A stretch of 32,000 bases of DNA from Candidatus Iainarchaeum sp. (GTDB taxonomy: Archaea; Iainarchaeota; Iainarchaeia; Iainarchaeales; GCA-2688035), in assembly GCA_028713935.1 (NCBI GenBank), contig JAQTNI010000001.1:1-32000 (forward strand). Reading direction: 5' to 3'. The translations under genes and the position numbers were made by a program. Positions 1-8,132 of this stretch are shown piece by piece (the first letter of the stretch is position 1; every line of letters begins with the position of its first letter). The notes under the pieces are model-generated. The model searched no databases, had not been told where the DNA came from, and saw only the letters and a program-made list of their open reading frames with translations.

Positions 1-172
1 TGTGGTCCCTTACAAATTTTTTGAATTCAGGGGAATATGCAAGAAAGCGCTTTCCGCCTGGCTTGCCAGACAATCTTGCGCCTCTTTTTTGCTTTAAATC
101 AATGCTTTCAGGCCTTGGTTCAGTTGCTTTTTTTCCTGCAAACAACTCTCTGAAAAACCGCGGAAGCCTCAT
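1..172 (-). CDS. hypothetical protein, N-terminal part only (runs off the left edge)
   Basis: ATG at 172-170, one nt after the stop of the upstream same-strand gene. The frame stays open for 57 codons to the window edge (MRLPRFFRELFAGKKATEPRPESIDLKQKRGARLSGKPGG...). No recognisable motif. Confidence 0.3.
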   Translation of the reverse strand, partial: MRLPRFFRELFAGKKATEPRPESIDLKQKRGARLSGKPGGKRFLAYSPEFKKFVRDH

Positions 173-173
173 G

Positions 174-1133
174 TTACACACCTTTTGGTTTCCATAATTT
201 GTAGAGGCTTGAAAACTCTTCTCTCCTGCCAGCAATTCCAAGCTCGCTGTACATCTGCACTGCAAATCCTTCAGGTGAGAAAACTCCTTTTTCAGTAATT
301 ATTCCTTTTACAAAATGCGCAGGAGTAACGTCAAAAGCAGGATTTTTTATTTCCACTCCTTTCAACTTTTTTTCCCAGACTTCTGCAGAAGGCCTTTCTT
401 CTATTTCTTCAGGAATTCCTTAATAGCTCATTGGCTCAAAGCAATGAGAAGAACTTGCAACAAAATGCGGAACATCCTCTTTTCCCGCAACAAGCGACAA
501 TTGTGCAGTGCCGATTTTGTTTATAACGCTTCCCTCGCTGAGCACAGCATCAGCCCCGGTCAACAGCATGTCTGCCTGGTACATGAAGCGCGAAGCAGCT
601 GAATCAACAATCATTTTTACTTTTATGCCTGCCTTTGCAAGCTCTGTTGCAGTTATCCTGCCCTGGAAAAGCGGCCTTGTTTCTGTTGCAATCACATATT
701 CTATTTTGTGCCTTGCTTTTTTCAGAATTTCTTCCACTGTGTGCGAATGGCAATGCGTGAAAATAATTGCATTGTGCGGAATTAAATTTGCCCCGTATTC
801 CGCAATTGCCTTCATTGCTTCTGCCCTGTTTTTTTCATAATCAGAAGCCGCTTTTATTGTTTCATGTTTTATTTCTTCAAGTTTCTGGCTTTGAATTGAA
901 GCCGCTTTCAGGATTATTCTTACCGCAGTCCTTGCTTCCGGTTCTGTCGGCCTTGCAATTATCAATTCGTGGGCCGCTTTTTCCATTTCCCGCCTGAAAG
1001 CAATAATTGTCCTTGCCCTGCTCTGTTCAGCGCTTTTTTTTAACGCAAGCACAATTGCCTTTCTCACATTGCTTTTGCCCTGTATATGCAGGCTTTTAAG
1101 TTCGCGCACTGTTTTCAGGATTTCTTTTGACAT
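174..1133 (-). pseudogene. aIF-2B alpha/beta/delta family / ribose-1,5-bisphosphate isomerase-like gene interrupted by one in-frame TAA (420-422)
   Basis: ORFs 420..1133 and 174..365 are in the same frame. Reading through gives ...[54 protein letters not shown]. The family hallmarks are present ([35 protein letters not shown]...IITE) and are split across the stop. Confidence 0.8.
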
Positions 1134-1349
1134 TCAGACCTTTCCAGGAATACTATTTGTTGTTTCCCGTATTTATTTTTTCCCTCTATGTAGTGTGGCA
1201 AGATTTATATTCCTTTTCAATTAGGAATATGCTATTGTTAATTAATTTGAAGGAATTAATTTCTTGCCTTCACGATGTCAAGCAGAGAAACATTGAAGCA
1301 ATATTTGACTGCTTGAAATCGTGTTTATCTTATTGAAGTTGTTGAAGGG

Positions 1350-2498
1350 GTGTTTATGGAAAGCGTGATTAAAAAAGCAATTGCCCGTGCAAAATCAAAT
1401 ACCGGTGCAAAAAGAACTGACGGGGAAAAGGTTTCAAAAACCCCGAAAACCGATGAAGAGCTTGTAAAATTATTGGAAGCCTCGCAGGCAAAAATCAAGG
1501 TAATCGGGGTTGGTGGCGGCGGCTGCAATACAATTGAAAGAATGACAGAAGTGAAAATTGCTGGCGCAGAGACTTTTGGAATTAACACTGATGCACAGGA
1601 CTTGTTAAGCACGCTTTGTGACAAAAAAATTCTTATTGGGCAAGAGCTTACAAGAGGCCTTGGTTCTGGCTCTGACCCTACTGTCGGGGAAGGCGCAGCA
1701 AGGGAAAGCCTTGAAGAGCTTGCAGACTCTTTGCAGGGAACAGACCTTGTTTTTATTACCTGTGGAATGGGCGGCGGAACAGGAACAGGAGCAACCCCAG
1801 TAATTGCGGAAATTGCAAAAGAAATGAAAGCCCTTACAATTGGCGTTGTTACTTTGCCTTTTACTGTTGAAGGAAGAAAAAGAATGGAAAACGCAATGTA
1901 CGGCCTTAGCAATTTGAGAAAGCATGCCGATACAGTAATAGTCATTCCAAATGACAAAATCTTGGAAATAGCGCCTGACTTGCCAGTGAATGCTGCTTTC
2001 AAGGTTGCTGATGAAGTTTTGACAAATGCTGTAAAGGGAATTACTGAAATGGTTACAAAACCAGGCCTTATTAACCTTGATTTTGCTGATTTGAGGACTA
2101 TTCTTCAGAGAGGTGGAGCAGCAATGATTGGGCTTGGAGAATCAAGAAGCTCTGAAGCAGGAGAAGCAAGGGCACTGGAAGCAGTTGAAAAAGCCCTTAC
2201 AAGCCCTTTGCTTGATGTTGACATTAGCGATGCAAACCGTGCCCTGGTTAATGTCATTGGCGGAAGCGACATGACTTTGAGGGAAGCGGAAATGATTGTT
2301 GAAACTGTTTCAGCAAAAATCAGTGACAATGCCCATATTATCTGGGGCGCAATGATTGATGATACAATTCCAAAAAACCAGATTCAGGCAATGATTGTAA
2401 TTGCAGGCGGAAAATTCCCCTATCTTGACAATTCCGACGGAGTGCTTCTCAGGGAAAAACCAGGCGGAGAAATTGATTTGGGAATAAAATTCACCTGA
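1350..2498 (+). CDS. ftsZ: cell division GTPase FtsZ
   Basis: VIGVGGGGCNTIERM, NTDAQDL and the tubulin signature GMGGGTGTGATPVIAEIAKE are present. The start is GTG 1350 or ATG 1356. Confidence 0.95.
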   Translation: MFMESVIKKAIARAKSNTGAKRTDGEKVSKTPKTDEELVKLLEASQAKIKVIGVGGGGCNTIERMTEVKIAGAETFGINTDAQDLLSTLCDKKILIGQELTRGLGSGSDPTVGEGAARESLEELADSLQGTDLVFITCGMGGGTGTGATPVIAEIAKEMKALTIGVVTLPFTVEGRKRMENAMYGLSNLRKHADTVIVIPNDKILEIAPDLPVNAAFKVADEVLTNAVKGITEMVTKPGLINLDFADLRTILQRGGAAMIGLGESRSSEAGEARALEAVEKALTSPLLDVDISDANRALVNVIGGSDMTLREAEMIVETVSAKISDNAHIIWGAMIDDTIPKNQIQAMIVIAGGKFPYLDNSDGVLLREKPGGEIDLGIKFT

Positions 2499-2521
2499 AA
2501 TTAATTTGAATTCGGGTTTTA

Positions 2522-2553
2522 GGGTTTTTACCAATGCTTTAAAAACCTTTTTT
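2522..2553 (+). terminator. hairpin plus T6 tract downstream of ftsZ
   Basis: GGGTTTTT (2522-2529) pairs with AAAAACCT (2541-2548), overlapping the T6 run at 2548-2553. Oligo-T is the usual archaeal termination signal. Confidence 0.35.
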
Positions 2554-2614
2554 AACAGTTTTTTTGTATTAATCGCTGCTTACTTGCTTGCAAATGCAAT
2601 CAATGGTTTTTTTT

Positions 2615-2824
2615 ATGGTTCAGTTTAATTTTGGCTTGAGAGAAAAACTTTTTTCCTTTCTGGCTTCTTCAAAAAGAGTGCTTGTAATTGCAAAAAAGCC
2701 CTCGAAGGATGAATTCATGGCAATGATAAAAGTCACTGCAATCGGCATAATAATAATTGGCGTAATAGGGGTTTTTGTGCAATTATTTTTTGTCCTTACG
2801 GGAATTGGATTTGCAAAATTATAA
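2615..2824 (+). CDS. secE: preprotein translocase subunit SecE (Sec61 gamma)
   Basis: Small ORF lying between ftsZ and spt5, as in the conserved archaeal arrangement. KKPSKDEF is followed by a single TM helix, VTAIGIIIIGVIGVFVQLFFVL. The start is uncertain (TTG 2588, or ATG 2594, 2603 or 2615). Confidence 0.75.
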   Translation: MVQFNFGLREKLFSFLASSKRVLVIAKKPSKDEFMAMIKVTAIGIIIIGVIGVFVQLFFVLTGIGFAKL

Positions 2825-2854
2825 TTTTTAACAAATTTGGATTAGGTTTTTTTT

Positions 2855-3295
2855 ATGTTGTTTCCGGTTCGCACAACTGTTGGGCAAGAAAGCCTTGTAG
2901 TTGACATTTTGAGCCAAAAAATCAAGGTTGATGCCCTGCCTGTTTACAGCATTGCAGTCATTCCAGGCCTCAAAGGGTATATCCTTATTGAAGCTCAGGA
3001 TGAATTGAATGTAAGAAATGCAATTGCAGGCGCCCCCCACATCAAGGGCCAGGGAATTGTAAAAGGCTCTGTTGACATCAAGGAAATAGGTGTTTTGCTG
3101 GAATCAAAGCCCTTAATGAAATCCATTAAGGAACATGATAAAATTGAAATTATTTCCGGCGCTTTCAAGGGAGAAAAAGCAAGAGTAATGCGCGTAAATG
3201 ACGCAAAAGAAGAAGTTGTTGTAGAGCTTTTAGAAGCGGCAGTGAAAATTCCCGTTACATTAAAAGCGGAAAACATAAGGGTCTTAAAAGAATAA
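2855..3295 (+). CDS. spt5: transcription elongation factor Spt5 (NusG)
   Basis: NGN-type N-terminus (VYSIAVIPGLKGYILIEAQ) and a KOW motif (IEIISGAFKGEKARVMRV). The position upstream of L11 is conserved. Confidence 0.9.
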   Translation: MLFPVRTTVGQESLVVDILSQKIKVDALPVYSIAVIPGLKGYILIEAQDELNVRNAIAGAPHIKGQGIVKGSVDIKEIGVLLESKPLMKSIKEHDKIEIISGAFKGEKARVMRVNDAKEEVVVELLEAAVKIPVTLKAENIRVLKE

Positions 3296-3318
3296 AATTT
3301 TTAGGTTTGGTTATCTAT

Positions 3319-3786
3319 ATGCCCGATATAAGTGTTTTGGTTGAAGCTGGAAAAGCAACTGCAGCAGCCCCCTTAGGCCCTGCTTTAGGCCCTCTTGGAG
3401 TGAACATTGGCCTTATTGTTGCACAAATCAACGAAAAAACAAAGTCTTTTTCAGGAATGAAAATTCCAGTAAAAATTTCCATTGACTCCAAAAAAAATTT
3501 TGAAATTTCAGTTGGAAGCCCTCCAACAAGCGCCCTGATTAAAAAAGAAGCAGGCCTTGAAACAGGAGCAGCAAACCCAAAACAGCCTGTTGGCAATATT
3601 TCAATGGAACAGGTTGTAAAAGTCGCAAAAATGAAAATTGATTCTTCTGGCTCAGTAAAGCTGAAATCAGTCGCAAGAGAAGTAGTTGGAGTCTGCGACA
3701 GCATGGGCATTACAATTGAAGAAAAAAAAGCAAGGGAAATCCAAAAAGAAATAAAAGAAGGAAAATTCGATTCAATTCTTGAATAA
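3319..3786 (+). CDS. rpl11: 50S ribosomal protein L11 (uL11)
   Basis: VLVEAGKATAAAPLGPALGPLGVNIG is the uL11 N-terminal signature. ATG 3319 is preferred over TTG 3307. Confidence 0.95.
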   Translation: MPDISVLVEAGKATAAAPLGPALGPLGVNIGLIVAQINEKTKSFSGMKIPVKISIDSKKNFEISVGSPPTSALIKKEAGLETGAANPKQPVGNISMEQVVKVAKMKIDSSGSVKLKSVAREVVGVCDSMGITIEEKKAREIQKEIKEGKFDSILE

Positions 3787-3801
3787 CTTATTGCTAATTT
3801 T

Positions 3802-4221
3802 TTATTTTGCTCTTTCTGCTTTGCCTCTTTGTTTTGCAATTCTGTTTAATCTCTTTGTGGTATTTCTGTCATATCTGCGTTCGACGTCCCTGTTCATAAT
3901 AGGAGTATTCCCAGAGCCAATATTGGAAAGAGTTCTTCGGGTAGTCATAACTCTATCGCCTGGACCTAAGAATAAAGAGGTTGCTTTTTTGTCCCCTGCT
4001 ATGTAAACCTTTTCTGGATCATAGGTTCTTCTTTCGGCGTTGGCCGGCCGAACCATTTGCCTTGACCATTGTCTACGGCCAGTGTTCACTCCCCGAAAAG
4101 TTGCTGGTATTGTCTTGCCTGTAACTTTCAATCGCATCCAATTTATTCTTTGCCCTGTTGTCAGGGTTTTTCCAACCCGCCTTCTCTGCTTTTCTCTCTG
4201 GACTGGGCGTGTTATACTCAT
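3802..4221 (-). CDS. hypothetical arginine-rich basic protein (139 aa)
   Basis: A 140-codon open frame in an AT-rich genome, with an ATG start. Its composition (about 26 Arg, many Thr, Gly and Asn, no Cys) differs from the Lys-rich neighbours. I recognise no motif. It lies antisense within the L11/L1 cluster. Confidence 0.5.
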   Translation of the reverse strand: MSITRPVQREKQRRRVGKTLTTGQRINWMRLKVTGKTIPATFRGVNTGRRQWSRQMVRPANAERRTYDPEKVYIAGDKKATSLFLGPGDRVMTTRRTLSNIGSGNTPIMNRDVERRYDRNTTKRLNRIAKQRGKAERAK

Positions 4222-4404
4222 AAAATCACCGGATAGATAATTATTGCCTAAGTTTTTAAGCTTTTCCGATTACTTTTTGTGTATATTAATTGGTTTTGTA
4301 AGTCTCTTTTTGAGACCGCAACTACCGCTTTTGGGATTGTTCAATTTGCACCTTGCAAATTGTTTCTTTTCCAACCTTTTTAAGGGCAGAATTGCTGGGC
4401 AATT

Positions 4405-4462
4405 GCGTTTTTCCTTGAAAAACGCTTCTTTTCCCGAGGCTTTTCTTTCCAAGAAAAGGCTC
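4405..4462 (+). repeat. double-hairpin element, copy C (in the L1 leader)
   Basis: Hairpin 1 is GCGTTTTT-ccttg-AAAAACGC (4405-4425). The linker is TTCTTTTCCC (4426-4435). Hairpin 2 is GAGGCTTTTCTT-tcc-AAGAAAAGGCTC (4436-4462), with one G-G mismatch (4439/4459). The architecture matches the copies at 26278 and 26548. Confidence 0.7.
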
Positions 4463-4479
4463 TGCGGGAGGTTTTTTGA

Positions 4480-5139
4480 TTGAACAAGAATGATTTTTCA
4501 GTTGCACTGCAGAAAATGCGCGATTCAAGCAAGCAGAGAAAGTTTACACAGTCAATTGAGTTAATGATTAATCTCAAAGGCCTGGATTTTAAAAAAGCAG
4601 AGAACCAGCTTGACCTGAAAGTCGTAATGCCTTTTGCCACTGGAAGAACCAGGGGAAAAGTCATTGTTTTTGCAAAAAGCAAGAGTTTTGCGGATGAAAT
4701 AAAAGGCAAGGCTGACAGAGTAATAATGGAATCCGATATTCAGGGCTTGACAAAAAAGGATGTTTCCCAGATTATTGAGGCTTTTGATGTTTTGCTGGCT
4801 GAAGGCCCAGTAATGCTTACTATTGGAAAATTTTTGGGGCAACAGCTTGCGCCAAAAAACAAGATGCCCCGCCCTATTCAGCCAAATGTTTCCCAGATTG
4901 AAAGCGCTTTGTCTGAAATGTCTTCTGTTACAAAGGTGACAAACAAAAAGGGAAAGCCAATGCCTGTTATGCAGGTTGTGATTGGCAATGAAAAAATGCA
5001 GAACGAGCAGTTGTCTGCAAATGCCTTTGCTATTTTTGACGCTGTCCTGAATGCTGTTCCCGGAAAAACCCAGAGCATTAAATCTGTTTTTTTGAAGGAA
5101 ACAATGGGCCCTTCAATAAAAGTTGGTGAGAAAGAATGA
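4480..5139 (+). CDS. rpl1: 50S ribosomal protein L1 (uL1)
   Basis: TTG start 8 nt after GGGAGG (4466-4471). QRKFTQSIELMINLKGLD, VVMPFATGR and DVLLAE are typical of uL1. Confidence 0.93.
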   Translation: MNKNDFSVALQKMRDSSKQRKFTQSIELMINLKGLDFKKAENQLDLKVVMPFATGRTRGKVIVFAKSKSFADEIKGKADRVIMESDIQGLTKKDVSQIIEAFDVLLAEGPVMLTIGKFLGQQLAPKNKMPRPIQPNVSQIESALSEMSSVTKVTNKKGKPMPVMQVVIGNEKMQNEQLSANAFAIFDAVLNAVPGKTQSIKSVFLKETMGPSIKVGEKE

Positions 5140-5927
5140 AGCGCCATATTTTGAAATGGAAACAGGCCCAGTTTTCTGAATTAAAGAAAATTGCTTCGCA
5201 GTACAAGGTAATTGCAATTGCGGATTTGACAAATTTTCCAGCAGATTTGTTTCAAGGGGTAAGAAAAAAATTGCAGGGAAAGGCAATTGTGCGTGTTTCC
5301 AAGACAAAGGTAATCAAAAAGGCTTTGGAAGAGGCAAATTTGAAGTCAACTGAATTGATTCCTGTTGTAAAGGGAAGCGTTGCAATTATTTTTACTGACA
5401 TGGATTCTTTCGAGCTTTATGGCTTGCTTAAAAGAAACAAGGGAAGTGTTTCCGCAAAAGTCGGTTCCATTGCGCCCGCGGATATTGTTGTTCCTGCAAT
5501 TGACACTGGTTTGCCTCCTGGCCCGGCGCTTTCTGATTTGAAGGCAGCAGGCCTTGAAGTGAGGGTGCAGGGCTCTACAATTGCAATTGTAAAGGACAAG
5601 GTTGTTGCAAAAAAAGGCGAGGCAATAACAAAGCCTGTTGCTGGAGTGCTTGCAAAGCTTGACATCAAGCCAATAAAAGTCGGCCTGAATATTGTTGCGT
5701 GTTATGAGAATGGCCAGTTGTTCCTGCCAAAGGTTTTGGACATTGATTCTGAACAGGTTTTTGCGCAGATTATGAAGGCTGTGCAGAGCGCAGTGAATTT
5801 GTCAGTTGAAATTGTTTATCCTACAAAGGAAACAATTGAATTGATTATTGCAAAGGCTGTAAGGCAGGCAAATGCAATTGATGCCTTGGCAAAGGCAAAA
5901 CAGCCTGCGGAAGAAAAAAAGGAATAA
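5136..5927 (+). CDS. rpl10: 50S ribosomal stalk protein P0 (uL10), short form of 263 aa
   Basis: ATGA overlap with rpl1. uL10 N-domain present ([37 protein letters not shown]). Position between L1 and P1 is as expected. Confidence 0.9.
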   Translation: MKRHILKWKQAQFSELKKIASQYKVIAIADLTNFPADLFQGVRKKLQGKAIVRVSKTKVIKKALEEANLKSTELIPVVKGSVAIIFTDMDSFELYGLLKRNKGSVSAKVGSIAPADIVVPAIDTGLPPGPALSDLKAAGLEVRVQGSTIAIVKDKVVAKKGEAITKPVAGVLAKLDIKPIKVGLNIVACYENGQLFLPKVLDIDSEQVFAQIMKAVQSAVNLSVEIVYPTKETIELIIAKAVRQANAIDALAKAKQPAEEKKE

Positions 5928-5961
5928 TTTTATTTTTTATCAAAAAAAAAGAGGTGAAAAA

Positions 5962-6264
5962 ATGGAGTATGTGTATTCGGCCTTATTGCTGCATTCGGCA
6001 AAAAAAGAAATTTCTGAAGATGGGCTTTCCCATGTCCTGAAAGCAGCCGGCATAACAGCGGATTCCACAAAAATAAAGGGCCTTTTGTCAGCCCTGAAAG
6101 AAGTGAACATTGACGAGGCAATCCAGAAAGCTGCAATGCCAGTGGCAGTTGCTGCAACAGCAGTTGAAGCCAAAACAGAAGAAAAAGGCGCAAAGGAAAA
6201 GGCACAGGAAGAAGCCAAATCCGAAGAAGCGGCAGCAGAAGGCTTGAGCTCATTGTTCGGGTAA
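5962..6264 (+). CDS. rpl12: 50S ribosomal stalk protein P1 (aL12)
   Basis: ATG 5962 after [23 protein letters not shown] is followed by an Ala/Glu-rich linker and the C-terminal stalk tail EGLSSLFG. Confidence 0.93.
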   Translation: MEYVYSALLLHSAKKEISEDGLSHVLKAAGITADSTKIKGLLSALKEVNIDEAIQKAAMPVAVAATAVEAKTEEKGAKEKAQEEAKSEEAAAEGLSSLFG

Positions 6265-6390
6265 AGCCTTCTCTTTTTTTTATTTTTTAAAAATGCCTTG
6301 TTTTTCCCACATTGCAAAAGCATTTGCTTTTGCGATGCGTCACAAAGCCCTGCTTTGCAACGAGGCTTTTGAAAGCGAGCATTGCGAAGC

Positions 6391-6426
6391 ATTTTTCCCA
6401 AGGCTTTTTGCCTTGCAAAAAGGCTT
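6391..6426 (+). repeat. degenerate copy D of the hairpin-2 module
   Basis: The linker-like ATTTTTCCC (6391-6399) is followed by AAGGCTTTTTGC-ctt-GCAAAAAGGCTT (6400-6426). This has the same 3 bp + G-G mismatch + 8 bp layout as copy C, but with a compensated stem sequence. Confidence 0.5.
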
Positions 6427-6736
6427 TTGCGAGCGCTTCAAAAGGCTTTTGCCTAATTTTAAATATTTAAACCAGCCTTAATTTTCACGCGTTACCAGGT
6501 TAAATATTGGCTTTTATATTCCAGAGGCAATAATTATTTTGGCATTGGTTTTTTTCAGGCTCACCGAAAAAAACATTGTACTCAGGCAACTGGAGGTGGT
6601 TGGTAGCGTTTCAGCGGCAACCATTTTTTGCGATTGTTTGATTGACTAATGCCAGCTGCAGGGGAAATTGCTTCCTTGTTTTGGAACGTCCTTCCCAGGC
6701 GAAACTGGTTTAATCTCTGTATGAGAAATAGTCTCC

Positions 6737-6758
6737 AAAAAAAAGCAATTCCCTGCAG
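6737..6758 (-). terminator. oligo-T terminator for the 6763..7374 gene
   Basis: On the minus strand the stop codon is followed, after a 4-nt gap, by CTGCAGGGAATTGC and then T8 (complement of A8 at 6737-6744). Confidence 0.35.
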
Positions 6759-6762
6759 TACT

Positions 6763-7374
6763 TTATTTTTGAATTTTTTTCAGGATTGCCATGTTGAGTT
6801 CAAAAACTGAACTATAGCGAGCTGCTCTTGCTGTCAGCTGATTTGCTGTCAGCCAAATTGGGTCATTAGGTTGTGCTTGCCTTCTGATTCCTTGCCTTCG
6901 CAGGTCCCCCGCTTCTTCAAATGCCCTTCGGTAGTTTTGCCGAGCCTCTTGGGCAAGCATTACGGCTTGTTTTGCTTTGGATTCAAGAAAAGATTTTTCT
7001 TTTATGGCAATGTCCAGGGTTTCCTCGCCCGGAAGCGCTGGAATCTTCATTTTTTTCAACTCCCGAGGCGAATTTGTGCTTCTGCCAAAATAATCAACTG
7101 AGGTTTTTTTTGCCAGAACTGGTTTTTTTCTGTTAATTGGTTCCTTTAATAATGGTGACTGTCGGAATCGAGAAATTTGTTCTTCTGGCAAGCCGCATTT
7201 TAAGGCAACCTGGGCATCTGTTAATCCGGGTTGCTGAAGCAGCTTAAATGCCCAGGCAATTTTTACTTCCTTTGGCTGTGTTGTGATGTCTGGATTTTTT
7301 GGCAAGACTTTTCTTTTTATTTTTCGCATAATTGCCATTTTAACCGCCTTGTTTTTTACTTTCAGCCTTTCCAT
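6763..7374 (-). CDS. hypothetical protein with an HTH-like segment (203 aa)
   Basis: Long ORF with a 13-nt overlap onto the upstream nucleotidyltransferase gene. LTDAQVALKCGLPEEQISRF looks like a helix-turn-helix. The C-terminal half is rich in Arg and Gln. No family recognised. Confidence 0.55.
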   Translation of the reverse strand: MERLKVKNKAVKMAIMRKIKRKVLPKNPDITTQPKEVKIAWAFKLLQQPGLTDAQVALKCGLPEEQISRFRQSPLLKEPINRKKPVLAKKTSVDYFGRSTNSPRELKKMKIPALPGEETLDIAIKEKSFLESKAKQAVMLAQEARQNYRRAFEEAGDLRRQGIRRQAQPNDPIWLTANQLTARAARYSSVFELNMAILKKIQK

Positions 7375-8081
7375 TCTTTCTGGGCTTTTGAGTATCTTTC
7401 AAAAGTGTCTGTGGGAAACCATTGGCCTTTGAATTCTTTTCCGAATAACTTTCCAAGGGCAGCTATTTTTGGAAAAGTTTCTTTTTCAATTGAAACCTTT
7501 CCTTCAGGAATTAGGCTAAAAATTTTGTTGGAAAGAATATATGCTCCGGAATTTATCAATGCCGGCTTGTTCAAAGAAGGGTCTTTTTCAGTGAAGGCGA
7601 GGATTTTTTCTCCTTTCATTTCAACGCTTCCAAAGTCCCTTGCATCTGCAATTTTTGTCAGCGCAATTGTTGCTATTGCGGAATTTTTTTCATGGGTTTC
7701 ATTCACTGCCTTGAAATCAACATCTTTTACTTCGTCGCCGTTCATCATTATGAATTTTTCTTCTTTCCCAAAAAATTCTTCTGCAAATTTAAGGGCGCCT
7801 GCTGTTCCCAAAAAAGTTTCTTCCACATTGTAAAAAATTTTCAGGCCAAAAGAATCTCCGTTTTTAAAAAAAGTTTCAATTTGCCCGTGCTTATAGCCTG
7901 TTGCAAGGACAATTTCTTCAACACCGAATTTTTTGCACAATTCAATGTTCCACTGCAAAATTGGCTTTCCAAGAACAGGGAGCATTGGCTTTGCGGTTTC
8001 AAGAGTCAATGGCCTTAATCTTTCCCCAAGGCCGCCTGCAAGAATAAACGCTTTTTTTATGCCAAGCTTCATTTCAACCAT
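7362..8081 (-). CDS. sugar-1-phosphate nucleotidyltransferase (NTP_transferase family)
   Basis: AFILAGGLGERLRPLTLETAKPMLPVLGKPIL is the N-terminal pyrophosphorylase loop. GDEV, INSGAYI and a WFPTDT-type C-end are also present. Confidence 0.85.
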   Translation of the reverse strand: MVEMKLGIKKAFILAGGLGERLRPLTLETAKPMLPVLGKPILQWNIELCKKFGVEEIVLATGYKHGQIETFFKNGDSFGLKIFYNVEETFLGTAGALKFAEEFFGKEEKFIMMNGDEVKDVDFKAVNETHEKNSAIATIALTKIADARDFGSVEMKGEKILAFTEKDPSLNKPALINSGAYILSNKIFSLIPEGKVSIEKETFPKIAALGKLFGKEFKGQWFPTDTFERYSKAQKEWKG

Positions 8082-8132
8082 TGTATTGGTAATTAAAATG
8101 TTTTTTAATGGTTTGGCGCAATTATTCTTCAG

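Noticed and set aside
1325-2002. 225-aa minus-strand ORF overlapping ftsZ
   Set aside because: It is antisense to a strongly conserved gene. Its low-complexity S/P/I-rich translation is typical of a shadow ORF.
4405-4480. Classical L1 autoregulatory mRNA site (23S rRNA L1-stalk mimic)
   Set aside because: I cannot verify the rRNA-mimic consensus by eye. The same hairpin architecture also occurs at two loci unrelated to L1, so this specific claim is not supported.
5872-5961. Upstream extension of the P1 ORF (start at 5872)
   Set aside because: It overlaps the P0 3' end in another frame. The P1 homology and a GAGGTG ribosome-binding site point to ATG 5962.
6293-6481. 62-aa ORF in the P1 downstream spacer
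   Set aside because: It is built almost entirely from the palindromic AGGCTTTT/GCAAAAG repeats and has no start context or motif.
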